Origin: an uncultured delta proteobacterium
GTDB lineage: Bacteria; Myxococcota_A; Polyangia; Fen-1088
DNA: 64,000 nt
NCBI GenBank assembly: GCA_963755125.1
Contig: CAVWIP010000007.1
Coordinates: forward strand, 135,453 to 199,452
Direction: 5' to 3'
The notes beneath the pieces were generated by a model. It was not told the DNA's origin. It made no database searches and saw only the letters and a list, made by a program, of their open reading frames with translations. Within the stretch, counting starts at the first letter, position 1. Every line of letters starts with the position of its first letter. Below are positions 21,670 through 32,125 of this stretch, in pieces. A program made the translations under genes and the position numbers.

Positions 21670-23475
21670 GTGAGCAGAAAAGGCTTCCTTTTGGCCGCGT
21701 GGTGGCTGGGCGCGGTGGCTGGCTCGGCCGTGCTTCCGCGCTCCGCGTGGCCTCAATCACCGCCCTCGCAAGCTGCGCCCGCCATCCTGCCCCTGTCCCA
21801 GGTGCGCCCCGGCCAGGTGGGTGAGGTACTCACTGTCTTCCAGGGCGTCAAGCCCGAACCTTTCAAGGTGCGCGTGCTGTCGGTGGTGCCGAACTTCCTG
21901 CCCAAGCAGGACATCATCCTGGTGCGTGCCGAGGATCCGCGCGTCGCGACCTGCGGCATCGCCGCGGGCATGAGCGGGAGCCCGGTCTACGTCGACGGAA
22001 GGCTCATGGGCGCGATCTCGTATGGCTGGAGTTTCGCCAAGGAAGGCCTGGCCGGCGTGACGCCCATCGAGAACATGCTGGCAGGAACGCAACGGCCGCG
22101 CCGTCCGCCCGGCGATCCCTTCCTGGTCGACCAGGAACCTGTCCTGGTGCCTGGGCAGGTGGCCCAACCGGCTGCCGCCTCTCTCTTTCCTGACGGCGAA
22201 CCGCGCCTGCAGCCCGCGTCCCTGCCCCTGGCCGTGTCCGGGATCTCCGACGCGTCTTTGCGCGAGCTGGGCGAGACCCTGCGTCCCTTCGGACTGGTTC
22301 CGGTGCGCGCGGGCGGCACGGGTGGGACAAAGCAGGCGGGGACGCTGGCCGAGGCCGCGCAACCAGGGGCGACGGTGGGCGTGGCCCTGATTCGCGGGGA
22401 CCTGACCGCCGTGGCCATGGGCACCCTGACCCAAGCGGACGGGGCAACCGTAGTCGCGTTCGGCCACCCGCTGATGGGCCTGGGCGAGGTGAATCTGCCG
22501 CTGGTTTCCGGAGAAGTGCACGCCATCGTGGCCAGCCTGGCCAGCTCCATGAAGCTGGTCTCGCCGTTGACCGAGATCGGCGCGGTGGTGCAGGATCTTC
22601 CGTCCGGCATCGTGGCAGAGTTGGGCCACCACGCCCCTTCGGTTCCCGTGGATGTTGTGGTCACCGCACGCGGCGAGAAGAAGACCAGCTTCCATACTCA
22701 GGTGGCGCTGCACCGCCGGCTTTTGCCTCTGCTTGCGGCCACGGTGATTGGCAGCGCACTCGGCGAGGCCGAGCCGGACGTGACTGACATGGTGATCGCC
22801 ATGAATAGTCGTCTGGCTGTCCGCGGCGTTGGCAGCGTTGAGATTCGCGACCAACTCTTCTCGGGCGAGGGCTTATCGAGCCGAGTCCTGTCGCAGGCCC
22901 GTGGCCTAAAGGCGCTGTCGGACCTGCTCGGCAATCCCTTTGAACCCGCGGTGATCGATCGAATCGATGTGGACGTCCGGGTGGAGTACCGCAGCGACGT
23001 GGCCGAGATCGTTGGTGCCTCCTTGCCCGACGAGCGGGTACGGCCGGGCGAAACCCTGGCCGTGCGCGTGGTTCTGCGCCCCTACGCGGGCAAGGAATTG
23101 GTGGAGATCGTGCCGGTGTTGGTTCCCCGCGCTCTGGCTGGCAGGACCATCAAGATCGACGTCGCCTCGGGCGCGCTGGTGCGTCCCGATGTCCCCAAGC
23201 CTGAGAGCCTGCGCGGCCTGATGGAGAACCTGAGCGTCGCCTACCCGAGCAAGTCCATCGTGGTCAGCCTGAGCACGCCGGACAGCGGTGTCTCCTTGCG
23301 CGGCTGCTTGCTTCCCAGCCTTCCTGACTCGGCGATGGACACGCTTCGCTCTTCCAACCAGACCCGCCGCGCTGACGCCTACCATGTGGCGGATCGAACC
23401 CTGCATCCTTGCGATCGCCTGGTGAGTGGGCGGCAGGAGCTGACCGCACTGGTGCGGCCTGTCGGTAGCCAGTAG
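21670..23475 (+). CDS. SpoIVB peptidase S55 domain protein
   Basis: GIAAGMSGSPVY..GRL.GA; AFGHP. Confidence 0.88.
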   Translation: MSRKGFLLAAWWLGAVAGSAVLPRSAWPQSPPSQAAPAILPLSQVRPGQVGEVLTVFQGVKPEPFKVRVLSVVPNFLPKQDIILVRAEDPRVATCGIAAGMSGSPVYVDGRLMGAISYGWSFAKEGLAGVTPIENMLAGTQRPRRPPGDPFLVDQEPVLVPGQVAQPAAASLFPDGEPRLQPASLPLAVSGISDASLRELGETLRPFGLVPVRAGGTGGTKQAGTLAEAAQPGATVGVALIRGDLTAVAMGTLTQADGATVVAFGHPLMGLGEVNLPLVSGEVHAIVASLASSMKLVSPLTEIGAVVQDLPSGIVAELGHHAPSVPVDVVVTARGEKKTSFHTQVALHRRLLPLLAATVIGSALGEAEPDVTDMVIAMNSRLAVRGVGSVEIRDQLFSGEGLSSRVLSQARGLKALSDLLGNPFEPAVIDRIDVDVRVEYRSDVAEIVGASLPDERVRPGETLAVRVVLRPYAGKELVEIVPVLVPRALAGRTIKIDVASGALVRPDVPKPESLRGLMENLSVAYPSKSIVVSLSTPDSGVSLRGCLLPSLPDSAMDTLRSSNQTRRADAYHVADRTLHPCDRLVSGRQELTALVRPVGSQ

Positions 23476-23494
23476 CTTACTCCGGCTCCTTCGC

Positions 23495-24028
23495 CTACTT
23501 CACCACGCGTAGCTGGGGGCGCCGACGACGACGGGCCGGCGCGCGCATGAGCATGCCGTCGCTTTCGATCTCGGCTTCGTTCTCTTCGGCCGCTGGCGGG
23601 ACGGAACGCAACCAGGGTTCGTCAACCGGCAGAAGCTCCGCGCCGCCACCCACTCGCGACATGGCTTGCGGCAAGCAACCACCATCCCCCTGGGTGAAGA
23701 AGCACAATTCGCGCGGGACGTCCTCGCGGTAGAGCACGCCGCATCCGTTGGTGCAGGCGACCACGTACACCGCCGACCAAGGCACGTAGGTCCGATGTGG
23801 AACGCGGGAAAACGACAGGGTGGAGCTGACCCCGGCGGCAGTGACTTCCAAGTCGGGAATGGGAACGGGCATGCTGCGGCCATACTGCAGAACCAGATGC
23901 GCCTGCGAGGAGAACGGGGCCGGCACGACCACACCCGGCCGACGAGCGTCCAGGTGCAAAGACACCCAGCCTTCGCTCAGCAAAGTCAGAAATGCTTCCT
24001 GTTTAGATGGTCTCTCACTGCCATCCAT
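23495..24028 (-). CDS. sspB: Stringent starvation protein B-like ClpXP adaptor
   Basis: LDARRPGVVVP, TLSF, VPWSAV, C-terminal RPQLRVVK ClpX-binding tail. Confidence 0.82.
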   Translation of the reverse strand: MDGSERPSKQEAFLTLLSEGWVSLHLDARRPGVVVPAPFSSQAHLVLQYGRSMPVPIPDLEVTAAGVSSTLSFSRVPHRTYVPWSAVYVVACTNGCGVLYREDVPRELCFFTQGDGGCLPQAMSRVGGGAELLPVDEPWLRSVPPAAEENEAEIESDGMLMRAPARRRRRPQLRVVK

Positions 24029-24255
24029 GTCTATCCCCACGGGCCAAGGACTCGCCGAAAACCCCGATCTCTTACCTCCCCAAACCGGCCTGTGCCAGGG
24101 CCAGATTGAGTCGGGGCGAAAACGAATAGCCCCTGGCCCCCGACGACCTTCTGCGCTACTCTTTCGTACCTAGAGCGTCGGCAGGCTTGTGGCGCCTTCG
24201 ACTTCCCGCCGCCGGCCGGGCGATTCGCTATAATGCAGTAACTTTGGCATTGGTT

Positions 24256-25323
24256 ATGAATCGGCCGCGACCCTTCCCCACCACGATTCCCATCTCTTCC
24301 CCGCCCCGGGCGCTTTCTGGGTGGCGGGCTCGGCTGGCCAGCGATCCCATTCCGCGCTTGCTGCGTGAGGGTACCCCCAGCGTGCTTGCGCGCGTGCGTC
24401 GTGACCTCATCGACGACAGCGAGGCACCCACGGCGCGGGAGATTGCCGGCTACCGCGAGGTTCAGGCGGTGCTGCGCAAGATGGAGCGGGACGGCAGCTA
24501 CCTGCCCCGCGCGCCCGAAAAAGCGATTGGCAGTGGAAAGTTTGCGCGGTGCCTGGCCACGGTGCGCGCCATGGACCGTCTGGCTGACCTGGGCCTGCGG
24601 GTCGAGGATGAGAGCGGAGCCACGTCCCAGTTGCGCCGGATGGCGGACGTGATTCTGTCCTCACAGGCAAGCGACGGCGGGATTGCGGATCTCGCGCTGG
24701 CCGAGACGCCCACGGCCCGTTCCAAGGTCGTCGCGCTGCACTTTCACGGCTGGGCAATGTCGGCCCTGTGCCGCGCAGGGTTCGAGGCAGACCCGAGGGT
24801 CGAGAAGGGTTTTCAGCTTCTCCTGTCCCTGCGTCAGGACGATGGGGGCTGGGCCTGGCGGGGTGTGCGCACGGAGTCGGCCGCGCGGCCATCCAGCCAT
24901 CTGGTGACCGGCATGGTCCTGCGCGCCTTCGCTTCGTCCAGCCAGCGCTGTACCTCGCGCGACGCGCGCCGGGCGGCGGAGCTCTTGGCCACGCGCTTCT
25001 TGCAGCCCGACCGCTATGAGGACCGAAAGGCGCCGTCCTATTGGGAAATCTTGACCGAGCCGCGTCTTTACACCGACGTGCTCGACGCGCTCGACACCAT
25101 CACCAGCATCGGGCTGGGCAAGGAGAACTCGGGGGTACGCACCGCCGAGGCCTATCTGCGTTCGCGCCAGGCGACAGATGGCTTGTGGTACCCGGGCGCG
25201 CCGGTCAAGGGCGAAGTCGTGACCCCGCGGACTGCGGGCAAGGCCGCGGGCAAGGACAAGGACGTGGCGGAAGCCATCTGGCTGACCCTGCGCGTGCTGG
25301 TGGTCCTGCGCCGGATCAATTAG
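24256..25323 (+). CDS. Hypothetical protein with prenyltransferase/squalene-cyclase-like repeats
   Basis: QxxDGG(W) repeats (QASDGG, RQDDGGW, RQATDGLW). Confidence 0.65.
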   Translation: MNRPRPFPTTIPISSPPRALSGWRARLASDPIPRLLREGTPSVLARVRRDLIDDSEAPTAREIAGYREVQAVLRKMERDGSYLPRAPEKAIGSGKFARCLATVRAMDRLADLGLRVEDESGATSQLRRMADVILSSQASDGGIADLALAETPTARSKVVALHFHGWAMSALCRAGFEADPRVEKGFQLLLSLRQDDGGWAWRGVRTESAARPSSHLVTGMVLRAFASSSQRCTSRDARRAAELLATRFLQPDRYEDRKAPSYWEILTEPRLYTDVLDALDTITSIGLGKENSGVRTAEAYLRSRQATDGLWYPGAPVKGEVVTPRTAGKAAGKDKDVAEAIWLTLRVLVVLRRIN

Positions 25324-25335
25324 TAGATCCAGCCG

Positions 25336-26298
25336 ATGACCGCTCAGCTTCGCCACGACTTTCGGGTCGAGGAGATCCGGGCCATCCACGATCTGGCCCT
25401 GCCCGAACTGCTTTTCCGCGCGCAGGATGTGCACCGCCAGCACCATCGTCCCGACGAGGTGCAACTGTGTGCCCTGCTTTCGGTGAAGACCGGTGCGTGC
25501 CAGGAAGACTGTGCCTACTGTGCCCAATCGACACGCTACTCGACGGCGGTGCAGCCGGCTCGCATGCTGAGCCGCGAGGACGTGGTGCAGGCAGCCGAGC
25601 GGGCACGGGCCGCAGGGGCCACGCGCTTCTGCATGGGTACTGCCTGGCGCGATGCCAAGGACGGGCCTGCCTTCGAGTCCGTGCTGGAAATGGTGCGCGC
25701 CGTGCGGGGCGTGGGCCTGGAGGCGTGCCTGACCATGGGCATGCTGACCGATGAGCAGTGCCGCCGCTTGGCCGAGGCCGGGCTGACCATCTACAACCAC
25801 AACATCGACACCTCGCCGGCCTTCTATGCTTCGATCATCACGACCCACACGCAGGACGACCGGCTGGCAACGCTAGCGAGGGTTCGGCGCGCAGGCATGC
25901 GCATCTGCTCGGGCGGGATCGTGGGCATGGGCGAATCCGTCGACGATCGTTGCGCCATGCTGGCCACGCTGGCCTCTCTGGATCCACATCCAGAAAGTGT
26001 GCCAATCAATGCGCTCGTGCCCATCGCGGGCACGCCGCTGGCCAGCCGGCCGCCAGTAGATCCCCTGCAGCTCGTGCGCGTGATCGCCACGGCTCGCATC
26101 ATCATGCCGCGGTCACAGGTGCGACTCTCGGCCGGTCGCGCGGCCTTGACCCGGGAGGCCCAGGTGATGTGCTTCGTGGCCGGGGCCAATTCGATCTTCT
26201 ATGGCGAGAAGCTGCTCACCACGGGCAATCCTGACGTGGAGGCCGACCGGCAACTGCTGCGCGACGCGGGCCTGCGGGCCGCGACGCTGGCGCATTGA
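25336..26298 (+). CDS. bioB: Biotin synthase
   Basis: KTGACQEDCAYCAQS radical-SAM motif, YNHNIDT, ESVPIN, RLSAGR. Confidence 0.97.
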   Translation: MTAQLRHDFRVEEIRAIHDLALPELLFRAQDVHRQHHRPDEVQLCALLSVKTGACQEDCAYCAQSTRYSTAVQPARMLSREDVVQAAERARAAGATRFCMGTAWRDAKDGPAFESVLEMVRAVRGVGLEACLTMGMLTDEQCRRLAEAGLTIYNHNIDTSPAFYASIITTHTQDDRLATLARVRRAGMRICSGGIVGMGESVDDRCAMLATLASLDPHPESVPINALVPIAGTPLASRPPVDPLQLVRVIATARIIMPRSQVRLSAGRAALTREAQVMCFVAGANSIFYGEKLLTTGNPDVEADRQLLRDAGLRAATLAH

Positions 26299-26306
26299 TT
26301 GGAAGA

Positions 26307-26882
26307 CTAGGCTCGCAATTCCTCGCCACGCACGAGGCGGCGAAGGTTGTCCTTGTGGCGCCAGAAGACCAGGAGCGTGACCGCGGCGGCGAAGGACAGA
26401 TTGGCCAGGCTGCCCTCGTGGAACAGCCAGAGGCAGGTGGGGAAGCTGGCCACGGCTGCCAGAGACCCGACGGACGAAATGTGAAATGTGGCAAACAGCG
26501 CGATCCAGACTGCCACGCAGACCAGCGCGGGCAGGGGCGCGAGGGCCAGGCCAGCGCCCAGCGAGGTGGCGACGCCTTTGCCGCCATGGCCTTTGAGAAA
26601 AATGGAGAAGACCTGCCCCAGCACCGCGACCAGCCCCGCAGCCGCTGGCAGCCAATCGAGATCAAAGAGCTGAGTGGCCAGCACCACCGGAAGCACACCC
26701 TTGCCCGCGTCGACCAGGAGCACCCCGGCAGCCCAGCGCCGACCGAGCGCGCGGCCGACATTGGTGGTGCCGATGTTGCCGCTGCCTACCTTGCGCAGAT
26801 CCACTCCCTTGGCGCGCGCCACCACCAAGCCGGTCGGGAACGAGCCGAGCAGAAAGGCGCCGACCAGCAACAGGATGTGCAT
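26307..26882 (-). CDS. plsY: Glycerol-3-phosphate acyltransferase
   Basis: GSGNIGTTN, DAGKG, GGKGVAT, RHKDNL.RL..G.E. Confidence 0.95.
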   Translation of the reverse strand: MHILLLVGAFLLGSFPTGLVVARAKGVDLRKVGSGNIGTTNVGRALGRRWAAGVLLVDAGKGVLPVVLATQLFDLDWLPAAAGLVAVLGQVFSIFLKGHGGKGVATSLGAGLALAPLPALVCVAVWIALFATFHISSVGSLAAVASFPTCLWLFHEGSLANLSFAAAVTLLVFWRHKDNLRRLVRGEELRA

Positions 26883-27007
26883 GCGCCGCAATTGTAGCTC
26901 CGACGCGGCCGAAAGTGGGCTCCGGACGAAAGTAGCACAGGGCTATACCGGCATCTTCGTCCTGGCCAAGGGCAACCCGCAAATCACCAGTTCGACGCTG
27001 CAATAGC

Positions 27008-29008
27008 CTATCCGGCCGTCGAGTCGAAGAACCGCCCTACCTCATTTAGCTCCTCAGTGCGCGGGCACTCGGCGGGCAGGCTGGCGAGCAGCAGGTGCCC
27101 GTAGCGGCGCCGGGCGATGCGGCCGTCGAGAATGGCCACCACGCCGCGATCGTGGCGCGTGCGCACCAGGCGGCCGAAGCCTTGCTTGAGCGCCAGCGCT
27201 GCGCGCGGAAGCTGGAAACTGTTGAAGGGATCGCCACCGTCCTCGCGGATGCGCTCGATGCGCGCAGCGGTCAGCGGATCGTCGGGCATCGCAAAGGGCA
27301 GGCGATCGATCACCACCAGCGAAAGGGCCTCGCCCGGCACGTCCACGCCTTGCCAGAAGCTCTGCGTGGCCAGCAGCACCGAGCCGACCTGCTGGCGGAG
27401 CGTGGCCAGCAGCACGTGGCGCGGCCGTTCGCCCTGCACCAGCAAAGGAAATCCACCGTCGGCGCGCAGAAGCTCCTCGGCCACGCGCAGGTTACGGAAG
27501 CTGGTGAAGAGCAGCAGCGCCCGGCCGCGCGAGAGCCGACACAGCGCCAAGGCGCGCTCGGCGGCCGCCGTGGCAAACGCCTCGTGGGTCGGATCGGGAA
27601 GATCAGCCGCCAGGTAGAGGAGGGCTTGCTCGCTGTAGTGAAAAGGCGAGGGGAAGCTCGATTCGCTGGCCGTGTCGGTCAGGCCCAGCCTGCCGCGGAT
27701 GTATTCGAAGCGCCCGCCCGCGCTCAGCGTGGCGGAGGTGAAGACGATGGGGCCTGGGTGGCGGTCGAAGCTCTCGCGCAGCAGCGGCGCGGCGTCCACC
27801 GGCGAGGCGCGCAGGGTGAGGTTGCGGCGCGATACCACCACCCAGCGGATCGAGTCGCGCCGGGCCGTACCCACTATTTCCGCGAAATCGGCGCGCACGG
27901 CATCGGCCCGTCGGGACAGCCCGGCCAGCGCCGCCGCCTTGCTCTGCGAAGGGGGGTGCGGCCGCTCGGCGTCGCTGCCGTCATCTTCGCTCAAACGCCC
28001 GCACAGGGCCGCCACTTCTTCGAGGACGTTGTCCAGCTCGTGGTAGCGTTGCAGCACCTCGTCGGCCCACAGGTCGTCGGGCATCTCCACCCGCACCTCT
28101 TCGCCGCTGCCGCGCAAAGCCGGCAAACGGCCACGCAGGGCCTCGGCTAGCACGTGGGTCGCGGCTTCCATCCGGCGCGCCACCGACTCCACCCGACCGG
28201 CTTCCAGTAACGGCGCCGGCGCGCGCAGCAGGTCGCGGCCCAGAGCGAAGAGCCGAGCGTTGGAAACCTGAACGCCGAAAACCTCAGTGGCCACGTCTTC
28301 GATCTGGTGGGCTTCGTCGAAGACCACCAGTTCGTAGGGCGGCAGCACCTGGGCATCGGGCCAGCGACTGCGCAGGGCCAGGTCGGCGAGGAACAGGTGA
28401 TGATTGACCACCACCACCTGGGCGCCCAGCGCGCGCCGCCGCATCTGGGTGATGAAACAGCGCTCGACAAAGGGGCAGCGGTTGCCCAGCCGCATCTCCG
28501 GGCTGGACGCGATCTCGCGCCAGATGGGGGAGCTGTCGGGAACACCGTCGAGATCCGCCCGGTCGCCGGTCGTGGTGGTCGTGGCCCAGGCGCGCACCCG
28601 CTCGGTCTCGTGCGATTTTGTCGCCGCGATTTCGAGCTGCTTGCTGTGCTCGTCGAAGCGGCGCAGGCACAGGTAGTTGGCCAGCCCCTTCATCACGGCG
28701 AAGGAAAACCGCTCGGGCAGCACGCGCTGCAGGCGCGGCAGATCCACCTCCGCGATCTGGTCCTGCAAAGTGCGCGTGCCGGTGCTGACCACCACCTTGC
28801 GGCCGGAAAGAATCGCCGGCACCAGATAGGCGATGGTCTTGCCGGTTCCGGTGCCTGCTTCGGCCAACAAGCGCTCGTCCATGTCGATGGCCTGCGCCAC
28901 CCGCTCGGCCATGGCGAGCTGGCCAGGGCGTGGCTCGAAGCCCGGCAATTGGTCGGCCAGCAGGCCGCCGGGTCGTAGGATCCGGGCAACGGCTTTTTCG
29001 AGCGTCAC
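27008..29008 (-). CDS. dinG: ATP-dependent DNA helicase, DinG/YoaA family
   Basis: EAGTGTGKT, DEAH, TSAT, GVDVPG, QGFGRLVR. Confidence 0.93.
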   Translation of the reverse strand: MTLEKAVARILRPGGLLADQLPGFEPRPGQLAMAERVAQAIDMDERLLAEAGTGTGKTIAYLVPAILSGRKVVVSTGTRTLQDQIAEVDLPRLQRVLPERFSFAVMKGLANYLCLRRFDEHSKQLEIAATKSHETERVRAWATTTTTGDRADLDGVPDSSPIWREIASSPEMRLGNRCPFVERCFITQMRRRALGAQVVVVNHHLFLADLALRSRWPDAQVLPPYELVVFDEAHQIEDVATEVFGVQVSNARLFALGRDLLRAPAPLLEAGRVESVARRMEAATHVLAEALRGRLPALRGSGEEVRVEMPDDLWADEVLQRYHELDNVLEEVAALCGRLSEDDGSDAERPHPPSQSKAAALAGLSRRADAVRADFAEIVGTARRDSIRWVVVSRRNLTLRASPVDAAPLLRESFDRHPGPIVFTSATLSAGGRFEYIRGRLGLTDTASESSFPSPFHYSEQALLYLAADLPDPTHEAFATAAAERALALCRLSRGRALLLFTSFRNLRVAEELLRADGGFPLLVQGERPRHVLLATLRQQVGSVLLATQSFWQGVDVPGEALSLVVIDRLPFAMPDDPLTAARIERIREDGGDPFNSFQLPRAALALKQGFGRLVRTRHDRGVVAILDGRIARRRYGHLLLASLPAECPRTEELNEVGRFFDSTAG

Positions 29009-29021
29009 GGCCTCCGCGTCG

Positions 29022-29435
29022 CTATTTCGCAGCCACCGGCGCCGGGCCGTCGTCGGCAGACAGCCCGCTTGCGGTCACGCTGCGGAAGAAGCAAGAGGTG
29101 GCGTTGGTGTGGCACGACGGCCCGTTGGCGTCGACGATATAGAGGACGGCGTCGCCGTCGCAGTCCAGGCGCACATCGTGGACGCGCATGGAATTCCCCG
29201 AGGTCTTGCCCTTTTCCCACAATTCGTTGCGCGACCGGCTCCAGAACGTGGCCAGGCCGTTGCACACCGTTGCCCGCAGCGCCTCGGCATTTGCCCAGGC
29301 CAGCATGCGCACCACGCCGGTGGTACGGTCCTGGGCGATCACGGGTACCAGGCCCTTCGAGTCGAACTTCACGGCTGACAGCAGTGCGTCGGCGTTTCCC
29401 ATCATGGCGGTAAGGTCTAGCGCACTTACGTGCAT
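29022..29435 (-). CDS. hisI: Phosphoribosyl-AMP cyclohydrolase
   Basis: GLVPVIAQD, WSRSR, KG.TSG, DCDGD, CHT..SCF. Confidence 0.95.
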   Translation of the reverse strand: MHVSALDLTAMMGNADALLSAVKFDSKGLVPVIAQDRTTGVVRMLAWANAEALRATVCNGLATFWSRSRNELWEKGKTSGNSMRVHDVRLDCDGDAVLYIVDANGPSCHTNATSCFFRSVTASGLSADDGPAPVAAK

Positions 29436-29561
29436 CTGGTTACCACGAACGAATTCTCCCTGGTATCGGCCGAGGCGGCGCGGCAAAGCGTCCGGCACTT
29501 CGTCGCGCCTACACCCGTTACCGCGAGTCGCGGCCATCGCTCACGCGCGTCGGCGCGTGAA

Positions 29562-31688
29562 TCACGAGCCCTGTGAAGCTGTGCTGGTTCCGGTGGAAGT
29601 TGTGGCCGAGGTATCGGTGCTGGCTGCGGCTGACGTGTCAGTTCCGGTCGAGGCATTAGTCGTGGTTGTGGCTGACGTGTCGGTGCCGGTTCCGGTCGAC
29701 GTGCCGGTTCCGGCCGCGGGCGCACAGGTGATGCCATCCGCGCAGGAATAGGTGTCGTCAGGGCACGGCCCACAGTCGGCACCTATCCCACACTGCGTGG
29801 AATCACCATTGGGGGCACAGGAGGCCGTCCCACAAAGGTGATAGCCGCTGTTGCACGTGAAGCCACACACAGTCCCATTGCAGGTGGGGGTGGCGTTGGG
29901 GTCATCGGCGCTGCACGGGTTGCTGCAGCCATCTCCGCAAGTCAGCGTGCAGTCAGGCGCGCCCGCTGTTCCGCATTGCTCGTAGCCAGTGTCACAGTTG
30001 ACCCCGCAAACGCCTCCGGCACAGATCGCAGAACCGTTGCTGTCAGGAACTGGGCACGGCGAGCAAGCACTGCCGCAGGTTTCCGGATCGCTATTGGAGA
30101 CGCAGCTTGGGTCCGCGGCCCCGTCCGCACGACAATCGTGATACTGATCCAGACAGACGATACTGCAATCGCCGCTGCTGGAACACGCCGCCTGGGCATT
30201 CGGAATGTCTCCGGGGCCCGGGCACAGGTCGCAACTCGGGCCACACTGAGTGACACTTTGCGGAACGCAGGCGTTGCCGCAGACATGCTGTCCGGAAGGG
30301 CAGTCCCAGTTCAGCCCGCAGGCCGGCGGGTTTCCCGTACACGTGGCAGACGACCCGTCCGGCTGATCGCAAGCAGTACAGAGACTGCCACAGGTAGCGG
30401 GCGACGTGTTGCTGACACACTGGCCATTGCACAAATGGAATCCGGTGTTGCAGATCACGCTACATGCCGGGGGCGTCCCGGCGCAGGTGGCTTGCGCGTT
30501 TGTCGTATTCAGAGGACAAGGCGTACACGAAGCGCCGCAGGTGGATACGCTGGTATTTGAGACACACTTGTTGCCGCATTGGTGGTACCCGGTATCACAG
30601 ACAAGGCCGCACACGGGGGTCGCTCCGGTGCAGGTTGGCGTGCTATGGGCCGGGGACGGACACGCCGTGCACGAGGCGCCACACCCACTGACGCTGTTGT
30701 TCGCAATGCAGATGGTGCCGCACAGGTGATAGCCGCTGTTGCACGAGGCGACGCAGGTTCTCCCGTCGCAGGTGACCGTGCCGTTGGCCGGAGCCTGGCA
30801 GACGGTGCAGTTGTTCCCGCACGAGTTCACGTCGGTACTGCGATTCACCACGCAGGTACTGCTGCCGCAGAGGTGGTAGCCTGCATTGCAACTGAATCCG
30901 CAGGTGGGGGGAGTGCCGGTGCAGGTGGCGCTTGCGCTCGCCGGCGCCGCAGGACAGGGGGCGCAGGCATTGCCACAGGTGTTGACGCTGGTGTTCAGAG
31001 CACAGGTTGCGCCGCAGAGATGATAGCCAGCGTTGCACGTGATGCCGCACGCACCGTTCTGGCAGACTGCGGTCCCATTCCCCGACGTCGGAGCTGGACA
31101 GGAACTGTCTACTGTGCAGGCCGGCGCATCTGCCGCAGCGTCCGCGGGCCGATCGATAGCCCCGTCGTGCACGGCCCCGTCCGGTTGCGGCTGGGTGCTT
31201 CCAGCGCCGCCGCTGCCCCCGCGACTCCCGGCCGTACTGCTGACACCACCAGCACCGCCGCCACTGCCGGCAGAACCGCCGCTGCCGCTCCCAGCCGCTC
31301 CGCCGGTTCCTCCGGCGGGAGATGGCTGGGGAGCGTCGACGATTGCCGCATCATTGAAACGGGTACCCGGACTAATCGTGCCTCCGGTTCCGCCGGCCCC
31401 GGCAGTACCGCCGGAGCCACCGGTCGCGGCGCCACCTGTGCCCGTTCCGCGAGAATCGACAGTCAGCAGATCCCTGCGTGTATCCGCGCCGCCATCGACA
31501 GCCACAGCCTTGCCGTCGCCCGCGCCCGAGTCATGCCGGCCAGCCGAGCCACCCGAACCAACCCCCGACCCGTTGAGGCAGCCGGCGTGAACCATGAGAA
31601 CCACCACGCCTATGACGAGCCGAAGACACGCTTCCCAGCGACAGGCAATCGACTTTTCCATTCCGCTCTCCCTCGTGAACCGAGGCAA
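29562..31688 (-). CDS. Secreted Cys-rich tandem-repeat protein
   Basis: Signal/lipobox-like AGC, Gly-rich linker, about 9 repeats of ~50 aa (CNxGYHLCG..C..N.S...CG..C..CP), Thr-rich tail; start uncertain. Confidence 0.75.
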   Translation of the reverse strand: MPRFTRESGMEKSIACRWEACLRLVIGVVVLMVHAGCLNGSGVGSGGSAGRHDSGAGDGKAVAVDGGADTRRDLLTVDSRGTGTGGAATGGSGGTAGAGGTGGTISPGTRFNDAAIVDAPQPSPAGGTGGAAGSGSGGSAGSGGGAGGVSSTAGSRGGSGGAGSTQPQPDGAVHDGAIDRPADAAADAPACTVDSSCPAPTSGNGTAVCQNGACGITCNAGYHLCGATCALNTSVNTCGNACAPCPAAPASASATCTGTPPTCGFSCNAGYHLCGSSTCVVNRSTDVNSCGNNCTVCQAPANGTVTCDGRTCVASCNSGYHLCGTICIANNSVSGCGASCTACPSPAHSTPTCTGATPVCGLVCDTGYHQCGNKCVSNTSVSTCGASCTPCPLNTTNAQATCAGTPPACSVICNTGFHLCNGQCVSNTSPATCGSLCTACDQPDGSSATCTGNPPACGLNWDCPSGQHVCGNACVPQSVTQCGPSCDLCPGPGDIPNAQAACSSSGDCSIVCLDQYHDCRADGAADPSCVSNSDPETCGSACSPCPVPDSNGSAICAGGVCGVNCDTGYEQCGTAGAPDCTLTCGDGCSNPCSADDPNATPTCNGTVCGFTCNSGYHLCGTASCAPNGDSTQCGIGADCGPCPDDTYSCADGITCAPAAGTGTSTGTGTDTSATTTTNASTGTDTSAAASTDTSATTSTGTSTASQGS

Positions 31689-32125
31689 CGCGTGGTGCCT
31701 CGGTGCTCAATGCGCGGGCAGCCTAGCACTGGGCGCATCAAGGGGCAAAGTGGAAACGTGGCCAGGGTGTGACTGGCCACCTGTGTGCCGACAGCATCGC
31801 AGCCTTGCCGTACTATTCATTATATGTCAGACAACTCTACACAGGATAACGTAGGGAGAGCACGTTATTATTGACGCGAACAAAGAACGCCGACGGTGAT
31901 GAGATGACGGCGGATGTTCGTCGAAATTGACGAGCTGATGCCGTCCTGCTCGGGGTACGGTGGTGTACAATGACTGGGGTTCTTCCCCGCAACGTCGTCG
32001 AGAAACAGCGTCTGCGGCAAGGCCCGTATCGCAATTCTGCCCAGATGTCGTTCGGATGCGTCCGCGGTCGCGGAGGCGAGGCTCGCAAGAGCCCGGGACG
32101 CTAGCAAGTCACGAAAGGAAGTTGC

